Below are positions 40,201-51,300 of a stretch of DNA of 64,000 bases, piece after piece (position 1 is the first letter of the stretch; each line of letters opens with the position of its first letter). The DNA lies in assembly GCA_051362555.1 (NCBI GenBank), contig CM120648.1:14008587-14072586 (forward strand). Reading direction: 5' to 3'. The notes under the pieces are model-generated. The model ran no database searches, had not been told where the DNA came from, and worked only from the letters and a program-made list of their open reading frames with translations. The position numbers were made by a program, and so were the translations under genes. The stretch comes from Lingula anatina (taxonomy: Eukaryota; Animalia; Brachiopoda).

Positions 40201-40982
40201 TATCGAATACTTGGAGACATATTTCTGGTTACTGAGACCGGTGACCCGTTGTGGACAGGCGTCAAGCAACCAAGGGGACTTGGGGTGGACTTAGGACTGT
40301 TGCTTATAGACCGACACTCGGAAAAACCATTGAACCTCTCGGACCCGAGTTGTATGTCTGCTGCGGTTTCTTGATCAATTCTTACCCCCGAATGCGCCAA
40401 TCTCAAAGAAGTTTTTCCTTTTTGCTGCAGAATGCATTTATCATAATAGTCCATACCTTTAAAGCCCATGAGTTGAGGAAGAGGTAAACTTTTTTGCCCA
40501 GAGCCCCAACCCCATTTTGAAGAGGGCAGGGGATTGCTCATCCTGTACTTCTCCTCGCCCTCCTCGTGGCGTCTTTGGTTATTAAGAATTTGCACATTTG
40601 CAGTTACCAGGTACTCCTCATTCATATTGGAACCATTGCTTCCTAAGTTGGTGATGGGGTACTTTTCAAGTTTAGGGCGCTTCGGTGACGGATTCAACCT
40701 GGCCGTATTCTTATCTGTCTCGTAAATTCTCCTTTTTGAAGAAGCCGCTAACGACGATGGCGGTGTCAATGATTCCTGCCTCACCATATATTTCGGATTA
40801 AAATCGAAGAAGTGTGGAGATCTTGTTGGCAGTTTGGTTGCCTGGAACCCGTTGAAACACGACTGGGACTCGTAAGGGATGTTGCCCGCGCCGCTGAGGA
40901 GATTTTGTAGGATCCGTGGCTCCTGCATGTGTGCCGGGCAGGGGCATGACGGGAGGTGGTCCAGGGTGGCTTCGGTCGTCAT
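25856..40982 (-). CDS. NR0B: NR0B-like (DAX-1/SHP) orphan nuclear receptor lacking a DNA-binding domain, ~639 aa, two coding exons
   Basis: Exon A is 40982-39302 (ATG after an acceptor at 41007; donor G|GTAAGT). Exon B is 26094-25856 (TTTTCCAG|, TAG). LBD segments PVTLAKK..VSDWVTKTFQFANSLENFKRL..LINASWARLVLLFMSE, FDLLRTAVLFHT-G and YTRLLMALPSLLSVNVRVIENLF..LEDLLRSLLT* match the NR0B pattern. The N-terminal CPC...ILQNLLS resembles the SHP N-terminus, and GSILKVLL resembles the DAX-1 LxxLL repeats. No C4 zinc fingers were seen. Confidence 0.88.
26810..26852. repeat. poly-C plus (AC)n tract
   Basis: Direct reading of the sequence. Confidence 0.9.
31594..33173 (-). mobile_element. Second, near-identical HINE copy in the NR0B intron
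   Basis: Starts AACAAGGCAGCAAAGCTGTCAAATGTACAGACA and is collinear and highly similar to 16665-18060, including the internal poly-A. Ends with a duplicated TGTCTGTACATAAAAA and lacks the (GTC)n/hairpin block. Confidence 0.85.
33462..33798. mobile_element. Second copy of the TTAA-specific MITE
   Basis: AGTGATAATAACTCTTCG ... CGAAGAGTTATTATCCCT|TTAA. The internal sequence is the reverse complement of 14765-15109. Confidence 0.8.
36254..36334. repeat. (TA)n plus poly-T tract
   Basis: Direct reading of the sequence. Confidence 0.95.
37248..37277. repeat. (CA)n microsatellite
   Basis: Direct reading of the sequence. Confidence 0.95.
39115..39219. promoter_or_regulatory. Intronic cluster of nuclear-receptor half-sites in NR0B
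   Basis: TGACCT at 39129, 39148 and 39178; GAACCT-T-TGACCT (DR1-like) at 39122; CAAAGGTCA at 39211. Confidence 0.35.
39302..40982 (-). CDS. NR0B: NR0B-like receptor, large first coding exon
   Basis: Part of ORF 39276..41030. Bounded by the acceptor TTTACAG| at 41008/41007 and the phase-1 donor GTAAGT at 39301. Confidence 0.9.
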
Positions 40983-41284
40983 GGAGATGTGGGTTTGGTC
41001 AAACAATCTGTAAATATAAAATACTAACAATAAACACCGTGTTTACAGCAGGGAAATATTCATAAGAGCTATTGGCGTCGTATAATGCCACTAAAACGTG
41101 TCTGGAAACATTAAGCTTTATATATATACAAAATGTAGACAAGGCTGCAAAATCTGTTTAACAATAATAAAATGCTATAGCTATGATACACATATTGTTT
41201 AATCCATCTGTGGTGCAACAATACATTTTTATTATGTTAAACAGGGTGTTATTTCCAACCTTCACGAATTGGTAAACTAAATTT

Positions 41285-41680
41285 ACAAGACAGCAAAGCT
41301 AACAGGAGCAGTGACATTTAAACGGCCAAAATAATGAACAAGCAACTTATCAAAGAAGGGTCAAAGAAAAAAGTGAATTTTGATGCAATATTATACAACG
41401 TATAACAGCATTGTCACTTCCAATTTACACTCTATGGTTTTACTCTGTACAATCAGAGTATGTAACTAGCGCAAGGCTTCAGACCCATGGGAAAACATAC
41501 TCACAGCTGCCAATTTGTGAAAATTGTAAAGTTAATAAATAAAAGCTAAAAGCAAAAAATACTATTGTTTGGTACGGCTTTCGAACTCAATCTATATTGC
41601 ACTGTAATTAAATAATTCTTGAAAGTTGGAGGCTTATTAAAAATACAGTTTTCTTTTTAGCTTCGGTGACAGTGCACAAA
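41285..41680 (-). mobile_element. Degenerate HINE-related fragment
   Basis: ACAAGACAGCAAAGCT terminus-like sequence, TTTTGATGCAATATT...GCAT, and GGCTTCAGACCCATGGG are shared with the family. Boundaries are approximate. Confidence 0.5.
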
Positions 41681-44600
41681 ATGTTTTTTATCTTGGTACA
41701 ATATTACTTAATGCTAATTTGTTTAAACGGCCTTATTTCTATCAAAGCAGACTTAAATTTCGGAGGTATTACCTAACAAATACATAACACATTTTTCCGT
41801 GCTGTTCAGTAACGGGAAGGTATATTTGATTCTTTTTAACAGAAAATTAGGACATGGGACTGACGGTTTGTCCATTTCGTCATTCTCATAAACTTTAATT
41901 GTTTCGGCCAACAAGTCCCACAAAAGAATTCACCATCCTAGACACGCAAACGACCACTTTAAACCATGTCTTTGCCTTACTGGGACAGATTCTGTATTCC
42001 TGTCTTTGCCATAAGCGTGAAGCTACTAGTTTGTATACATTCCCACATATTCAGGAAAATGTGCCTTCCGCAAGCGGGGGGGGTGGGGGGTGGAGAGAAT
42101 GGCGGCAATGTTGGAACTTATCCAAAAGGAGAATTTAAAATGTTTTGCATACATCTGCACGAAGGATGTACACTATTTTCTTTAAATTCAGAGATTATTG
42201 ATTGGCATCAGATAACTCTATTGGTACTGATGAACCCGGTGGTTATCTATTGTACTCTGAGTGTACTTACACAAGCACGCGTTCAAGACAAACGCAAACT
42301 CGATTTTGTAAGAACTCATCTACCTACTGGTTTATACAAAATGAATGCCTTTTTCAAAATGGGCATATGCATATGAAGAAGAATATAGGGTGCATATTGT
42401 TATGTTTATCCTTAATGTGCCCAGTTTTGCCTTTGAATTCGTAATGAACGGTAGCTGTCCCAAAAACAATATAGGTATTAAATTTTTCTCGTTATCTATT
42501 CTTTTGATTTGATCGATTATCATTCCTTGAGTACATAACGGTGAAAGCACTAGCAAGGATATTTATTTGTTTTTAATATATACATTTATAATTTTCAACG
42601 GTCATATAACAATCAAAAATACAAATTGACGATGCTAAATTCCTTCCAACAAAACTTATATTACACCTGTTTAAAACACTAATTTGGTAAAACTTAAAGT
42701 AATGTGTAGAGGTACATGGTATATTCTTCATAAAATTTTATAAAACTCATTTGTTTTACTTTCAACATTACCAAATGAGAGAATCTGGCTTTAAGTGGCA
42801 CAGTAACCTGCCAATTCTGTATGGTTATTAATAAAGAAACTCAAGATAACCCTCTATTTTACTGGCCATCACAATTACATTGAGCTAATGGAAATGTGCA
42901 CTGGAGTGAACCATGCTTGAAGCCAAATAACCGTCCTTTATATAAATTTCCAAGAAGGACTTATTCATTTGTTACATTAATTGCCATTTATTCACGTTAC
43001 TTTTGGGTTATTATCGGCTGATAAACCATAAGAATTTAAGGTTCTGCAATAAAAAAGGAAAAGAAAGATTTCTATAGTTATTAAATAAAAACTATAAATT
43101 ACTCGTTATTTTTACTGAACCAGAAAACTCTACTGTGATAAAGGGGCGCTTTAATGCTGAGTGATGATTGGACAAATTCATAGTTCTACATTAACGTGAT
43201 ATTGTGCTCAGAGATCAGCATGTCTCCAGCACGGGCTAACTCCTACAATATGCTTGCTCTTGCGCAGGTTAATACAAAGGGCTTCACTGTCATATTTCAC
43301 TTCCATTGTCATATGCATGTTTTCATTACTTCTTTGGATATCAGTCAGAAATGATCTCTACATCCACAATGTCTCAGGCACAGTTCAACGGACATTTTCG
43401 ATAAAACTGTCCTTTTTTGGTAAATGCCAAGTCAAATAAGGTTCCAGGTGTGGCTCCGTCTACCATTAAAAATGTTAACATGTTACCTCTCGTCGGCAAA
43501 GCTATGTGTTAACATCAGACCCAGTAATCAGCTTGGCGCCCCACTGGAAGTCGTATCGACTGTTAATACCACTGTCCTCATATTAACGACACGTGAGCCT
43601 CTCAGTCTATGTCATTTTCAGTGGACATGGTACACGTGACAGTTATGGCATGAAAAATAAACCAAAGACCATGTCACGTTTAAGCTATTATTACACTAGG
43701 TTTGCGACCATTATTACACTTGGTTTGCGACCGCCTGCAGAACAAATTCCCTCAATCTCAGTCCGTCTGTGCTAGGGCTTAGAAAATATTTGATGGTATC
43801 AAATTCGTAATCAGAGTTCATAAACTGTAAATATTACAGCCTTTTTTGTTCCACATTTATGAGAGTGGTCCACAAAAGCAAAACATTTTATACGCACTCT
43901 TCGGATAGATCCGGTGTAAAACTTGAGGCGCACTTCCAGACACGATGAGATAGCCTTTTTTTATCACAGTATACCTTTAAGTTTTCTGACCTCACGAGGC
44001 CAGTCTCCATTGCCTGGCATCACACAACGGAGTCAAATTGGGAGTTTATCTCTGGCGGTGAGATTAGATTCCCAAGGTTTACAATGTAACACTGAAATGT
44101 CTAAAAATTACCCAAATATCAACCTCTGTTTTCATCTCTACTCAATATTCTATCTATAACACCCCAGCTGCACATGGGAGAGTCTGAACACAACACATCA
44201 ACTGTCTGCACTCTGTGGCCCGCTTGATTTAGAGGTCGGCGAACTTTTTAACACAGGCACTGGGATCAACTGTAACCTACATTACTGAACTCAGGGATTT
44301 TATCTTGGTCGTCAGCACGAGATTTCTGGAAACTCATAGAACAGATTAATTGGAATGATAAGGAAAGATTCCAATCTTGTGCGAATCTCAGGATATATCT
44401 TAACATATACTTTAACAGTGCCCATTTGTCCGACTGAAGCAAATGTTGGAAACCGATAGATGAAGTTGCGTAAACAGAGCAACTGATAACTGCACTGCTG
44501 GGCCAGATGACTTACAACCAGCAGCTACTTTCTAGACCTGTCTCCCCAGGGTCTGTTAACCAGCTTGACTGGCATGTTATCGGCAGGAAATCAACTCGAA

Positions 44601-45210
44601 GGAAATGTTACATATATATCATCTAGACATCACTAAAGCCACCCGAGAGATTAAATCGGAAAGTTCACCGAAAAGTACATCATAAAACATTACTGCACAT
44701 ACCTAGTCGGGTCAAAGCTCGATAAATTGGATAAGTTATTATCAAGGAATTTTCTTGCGTTCTCAGCGAGAGAATTAACATTGAATGTTCGCACTAGCCA
44801 TCCTATCGTGGACCAATGGTTCATGTTCGCACTAGATATCCTAATGTTCCAGTTGGGTCTGGCAAATTTCTCAGGTAAGATCACTTGTGACCTTGACCTT
44901 ACAGACCAGAAAGAGATAGTCAAAATACATAAATAAATCAAATTCCGTAAGCTGTGGCAAAACGGCGCCATACTACATAATTGACCTTACTTAGGTTTTT
45001 CCTAGTTCGCAGGATACGAGGCATGCCTAAATTAGCTCAGATACATCGATATAACAAAACGTGGACTCGGCATAACCATCTCATAATACTGCTGGAGTTA
45101 AGTATTAGGTGATTAATTGTACCAGCATTTTGTTCCAGCTACTGAAAAGAATTACAACCTTCTGTAAAGCATCTACATTCACACTGCCCCGTTAACCCTC
45201 AAGAAAGCAC

Positions 45211-45247
<37 letters not shown>
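45211..45247. repeat. (AAT)n microsatellite
   Basis: Direct reading of the sequence. Confidence 0.95.
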
Positions 45248-45248
<1 letters not shown>

Positions 45249-47782
45249 GTCCCACACCAACAGCATATATTTCTTGTTTTACGTCCCATACAAAGAAAGC
45301 ACGTCGATCTCTTTATTGTTGTGCTCGTGGAGGAAGCCGTCTGAGTCAGCGATCGGAAGCCGAGGTCACGCGAACTCAGGCGTATTGATCGACATGGTTT
45401 ATATAAAGCCTGGATGGTTCCAGTAAAGAGTACACAATAAGGCTGCGGATGCGTTATTTTTGCTTTCTCGGACCAGGTTGATGGATAAGCTTTAATATAC
45501 CATATTTAAACATTATATAAATATGACTTACGGCATGTAAGAATAACGAGAAAAAAAAGGTTTCTTAGAAACTCTTATCTCGGGCAAAGCAAAACAAAAC
45601 TAAATCACCAACTTCAGTGATTTTAGTCAGAATATCTAACTCAAATAAAACTCGTCTTTTATATTTCCAGTTGAAAAGCTAAAAAACAATACTTCAAAAA
45701 TGTACCTTTATAACTACAGTATCGGGGGTCGATACTCATGACCCTTGTTTTGTTTCAGTGTACAGCATAGAAACTGAGCTATCTGATCGCAAACTTGGCT
45801 CGTTGGACGCGCGCCAGCACTGGGAGCTGTCGGAGGAAATTACACAGATATAAATGTCTTCATTTTCTTCAAGTTAACAATTAGGTAACTGGCCCTATTT
45901 GCGATTTATAAATTATGATACCCTCATATCATTTTACTAGTGCAATCACTTTTATCAAAAATTTAAAATAAACTACAAATGCTTCGAAAAGGCTTCCCTT
46001 CAAGTCCAGTCCCCGACTGCTTTGTTCCGTGAACACCTTGGCCACTTCTTATAAATAATGTTGATATCAGATAGCCGGAGATAACACGCTTTCAAAAGCA
46101 TTTTTAAAAGGTAACAGAATGAAATAAGCGACTCGGTCATTATGAAACCCAATAAAATCAACTTAAGAACACCTTGTAACTAGATTCATTTATTTATTCT
46201 TTTGTTATTTCAAACATATTCTGAACAGGTACGTAAGCATCATATACTTGGTTAAATAAATAGATGAGTTCGGGCTCAGAGGAACTGGTCATCGAGCGTA
46301 TATTTTACTGGAAATTACCTATTCTAAAGATCCTGAAAGTAAAGGCCTACCAACAGTAGGTTAGCTTGGAAGTAGAATATATACGGATCATCCGAGGAAG
46401 TCGGTATATCGAGAAAAAGTTGAAAAACAAAGTAATACCAGCAAACGTTGATGTATCACTTCTATCAATTAAGTGGAGTCTATTGGTTATTTTATATAAA
46501 GTACAAGCCTATGAGAAACTTGTAACTATGGTATCACTACTTGTTTTTCAAAGATTCGAAACCAAACAACTGTATATCCATTATGAAAAATGAATCGCTT
46601 GCCCTAACAACCCAAACTGAAATTCTTTTCGGACAGCACCGGTCAATTTGACCCAACAGCAAATAGGAGGTTAAGGAGGAAGGTTAACTCACCGGTCGAT
46701 GTCTCCGCATGCGGTATACTTTGTTGTCGTACTCCGATTATCTCTGTCTGGGTTAAAATACTCGTTAATTCTATCGGAGTGTCGCGTTCCATTCGCAACT
46801 ACTGGCGTTTCTGATATAACTTTAACCTCTGACTAACTTAGTCTACCTACAAGCGTTCGTACCGATTGGCTTAGAGCGAGGCTCTCAATGGGGGGGATAT
46901 AATCAGGTTAGGTCAGTCGCCTTCGCTTATACGCCACGTTAACAGCGTTATTCAAGACTTTAAGTGCTGAATTATAAAGTTATGGTTTCCTCACACTTAG
47001 AAATTATATAATAAATTAAATAATTTATAAATGCTAAACGAATTATCGAAATAATGAAGCAAATCGTTTAAAAGTACATTAACAAAAACGGCTCTTGTCA
47101 CGTGGCAAGACCCCGTATATAACCTTGACCTGAAAGCGATGAATGAATAATGGAAATGGATGAAAATGAACGAGTGAAGAGAGGCGATATAAAATTCCAT
47201 GTCAAAAAAGAGAAAAAATTAATCATCTTAAATTTTGCCCAATTTCTGAAATATAAATTACAGTGGCGACTTAATTGTTCACTTTCAGCAACGAAAGTCT
47301 TTGTTTATATAACCAGTCCCGCTCAAGGTCGGGCGTACTAAGCACGGCTGTATATATAGAATGTTAACATGACCCTGAAAGGATGGCGTTTGTTCCAAAA
47401 CCATTTCAGGGAGACAACAAGGGAAGTTATTACAATTATTTCTCATTTTGGCGTTCAGATGCCCAGGATTAATTCAAACATTTCTGCAAATGATATCTTA
47501 AGTGTTTCAATGAAAAGCAACATAAGTACGCCAGGTGTAGAGATAAATATAGGACGTTTTAGACACACATTAGGTCACAGACTCAATATTTAATGAGATG
47601 AGCGCAGGTTGTGCCGCAGACTTAAGGACCACAATGTGTTTGTTGCGAAACGGAAAAATTGGAAAGCACAGTTGAATTTTTCCGTAAGTCAAAAGTTAAA
47701 GAAATAATTGTTATCGAATGGTTAAAGTAACATGAAAAGCGGGCGTGGATTTCCAAAAACGCATAACACCCATACCCAATTA

Positions 47783-48390
47783 AGAGGTGCAATTGAGGTC
47801 ACTGGCATGCACTTAAAAATATTAAATGCACAGATTAGAAACTGTGTTTGATAATTTAAGGGTCCTACATGAAGAAGTTCGTATCAAATTTTCACTGCAT
47901 AAGAACCATGAATAATAAAAAAATAACTCGCCATCTAACCCCCAAAAAAAACATACGTCACTGTCACAGATGGCACACTTTCTGCTACGGAAGTGTTTTA
48001 CTCACTTTGAAAATTCGATCAGCACTGTTTTCGCTCTTTAATTTATGTCATACAAGCAATATGTTGTAAAAAAAAACATGATAATCATCTGTATAGAGCT
48101 ATGAATATTTATTTGACGATTTTAGTATGTCTTTCACTGAATATCTTTTAAAAAAATGCAGTATACCGACAGTCAAAGAAGCATTAAATGAACTATTTTT
48201 TACTCGTGGTGCAAAGAATTATGTCAGAAATGTCAAGCTTCACACTACAGATGATTAATTTGACAACATTAAACCCCTGTTACTTATTACACTAAGTGCT
48301 TGGACAAGAATAACCTTTTTCGGACATTTTTCAGGGGTACATACGTTACTTATATTTTAGCCATGACGCAAAGCCCCTGAGTTACAATTT
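47783..48390 (+). repeat. ~600-bp dispersed repeat, copy 1 (family unassigned)
   Basis: Collinear with 63218-63785: GAGGTGCAATTG, CCCCAAAA..ACATACGT.ACTGTCACA, GAAAATTC.ATCA, CCGACAGT.AAA.AAGCATTAAAT, TCAGAAATGTCAAG, ATGACGCAAAG....TGAGTTACA. Confidence 0.75.
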
Positions 48391-51300
48391 AAATATGGAT
48401 TCTATGGTTAGATGCTTCTTACTAGTATATTACGATAGAAATTACACGTGGATTTTTTTTTCTATACGCATATACAGTATGTTTTAAGTTTTTGAATACA
48501 ACGTCAAATTGTTTCATTTTTATTTTTCTGACTTTTTTTAGACTTGTGACATTTCAGCTTGGGTTTGGGTGATAAACGACTTAATTCTTTTAGTTTCTTA
48601 CACGACTTAAATGAAACCGACAAGCCAAGATAAACCAAATTAATGTCTCAGCCCCAAAACAGCTTTAAAACTGCATTTTCTTCAAATTTTTGGAAGTCAA
48701 TTGATCAATTTATCTGTCCCTCCAGTTTCCCCTTACTGTCAGGGCACTATAAAGCTTGCTTTCTCACTATAACATTTCATGATGTGGTAGCTTTTCAGTA
48801 TGTGCTGAGTTATGGGTTATATATGAAATCAAGATCGAGCTGGCAATGCTGTAATCTAGGGTACTCCAGTTGATAAAGGTCCGCTAAATGACGTACTACT
48901 GCGCGTGCATTAATTGCATAATCATCACTCTCACTCCCACGTGCGGGTGTATAACAGCGCGTGTATATTGCCTACTTATTTGAATGAGACTGCTGAGCGA
49001 TATTTGTAACATAGAGAGAAAGCAAATATTACCTGTTCAAATTTCATTTATTGGGAAATATGAGTATTTCTCTAAGTTATAGGCCTGCTATTGCAAACTA
49101 TATGGATTCGTTTTGCCGAGTTTTGTGGCACAAATGCTTTTAAATGCATCTTTAAAAGTTATGTCAACCATTGAAAAAATGTTTATAATGTTTACATTAT
49201 TGGATTTTATTATATTCTAAGCAATGGGAGCTTAAGGGAAGACGATAGAATGAACTTATACGTTGTTTTAAAGGATATTTTAAAGTGAACATGGGGACAA
49301 ATGGGCCAAAGTATTATATTACATGGGTTACATTCCTGACAATGGAGGGTGAAAATAGCCAAGATATATTTCTGTGAATTATGTTATTGACAAACTTTAT
49401 TTTGAACAAAAGCTCTTTGATTGTTACATCTAATGAGGTGCAGTCTACTTCTTCAGTTCAGTAGATCACTAAGATAAGCTGCAATTTGTTCCATAGGGTG
49501 TTACACTCTTCACACACTTAACCTCTGCCTTCGGTCAGTTTTCTTCAATTGCAGCGAAAAAAGAATTCATAAATATAAATAAAATTATTCACAAAATGAA
49601 CTAAATTATACCAGTTAGCAACAAGCAAAACATTAAAATAGCATCACGGTTTTCAAATAATGTGCAATAATAAAACACATAGAGACAACAGTCACACACC
49701 TGGCATATTAAACTATATTTTCAGGTAATATTTACTATTAGAAATAAACTGATCGTTTTTTGCTGTTATTTCATGCTGGGCAGGTAAAATGATGTTATAA
49801 GTTTAACATTTTAGCACTTTTTTTCAAAAATTCTGATATTTTATTCACGGCCATATCATGGCAAAGTAAAATATTGGTAACTTTGATGTAAATGCAAGTT
49901 TGGTTCCCTCAGTTAAAGATCGCATATCACAAAAAGATTGACAAATTGGAAATTACATGGAGCTATTTTGTTTATCGTCGGAGTTTTTTTTCCAAAACAT
50001 TCATTTTCTTGTAACAAAAATTTTCAAGTCTTTCAATCTTATACAGTACATGTATATATACAGTGGGAAATACTAAATAATCTATATTGGGTTAAAAGCA
50101 TCAGGTTATTTTTCTTTAATAATAAATAAATTAATACGTAAATAAATAAACAAATAAATAAAATTGCTTATACAGCAAGTACCTGCCAACTACAATAGAT
50201 CTAATAAACATTAACTACAAAACAAAGTTTAACTGAATGGATAGCTATTTTTAAATCAAACCTTGTCGATTAATGGGCATTGAAACAGCATAGCAATATA
50301 TCAAAGGCGTTTTAATTAAAATATACACGACTGTTAACATTTGTGTTGAGGTGGCATTTATTCTTTTTCTTAAATGTAAAAGCATTTCATAGCCCATATA
50401 TTACTTTTCTCTCAACACACTTACTAATAATAGATACAAAACATGATCCTCATGAAAAGCAATAGCGTTCTTCCTAGACCAATAAAAATCTAATGATTTT
50501 TTAAAACAATAATCAGTAAAATTATCGTGAAACTTCTGGCTACAAACAAACGAACAGACCAATATATTTACAAAAGATTTATGGTATTAATGGTTTTTCT
50601 ACGTGTCTCTCTTCAGCCTGTCTTGTCTCATTGAGACTCACTTATGACAACACTAATGGTGTGTGTCATTAGAGTGACGGTGACACGGAGAACGGGAGAC
50701 ATTGTTTCTGCGTGACACTTGTCAAGCTGCTCGGGTGTCCAGCATCTGATAAACGGGCATGGCAATCGGGGACGTCAACTATATACATGTATATGTAACT
50801 TAGGGGTCAATGATCTCGTGAGCGTTTGACTCAAATGCCACTGTTCACAAAGCTTTAACTGTGAGAACAACTGCTGGGGTCAGAGCAGTACATGTAACAG
50901 ACGAGGGGTTCATCTTATCATCCGTATTTTTTATTTTAAGTTAAAGATACACTGTGGAGATTAGATTAGAAGCGATCACAAATAAGCGTTTTACATAACT
51001 TTTGTATATGGCGCATGGTTAAGAATTACTTACACAATAAGCTTAGCTGTGCTATGGTATTAAATATTCTGCATGCATTTTCATTCCACATAATGCCTGT
51101 TAAATTAAGAAAAGAACTACTTAAATGACTTTGTTAAAGCCTTTTGGTATAGCCTTCCAGAATTACTCAAGTTATCTTTATTTCCAATAAGGATTATCAC
51201 AATATAGTTAGATTAGGGTGGAAAATCCCGCATAGGATACTTTTAATTACTTATGACGATGCTTCTTGTTGAAATTATCTAAGGGCATAAAATGACAGAC

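Noticed and set aside
39334-40725. Several short ORFs overlapping the NR0B exon (and likewise those over the SULT and UBXN10 exons)
   Set aside because: Alternative-frame or antisense shadows of real coding exons.
40983-41030. Extension of NR0B to the ORF-track start (MLVFYIYR...)
   Set aside because: It starts at a TTG and runs through a polypyrimidine tract and the splice acceptor at 41008.
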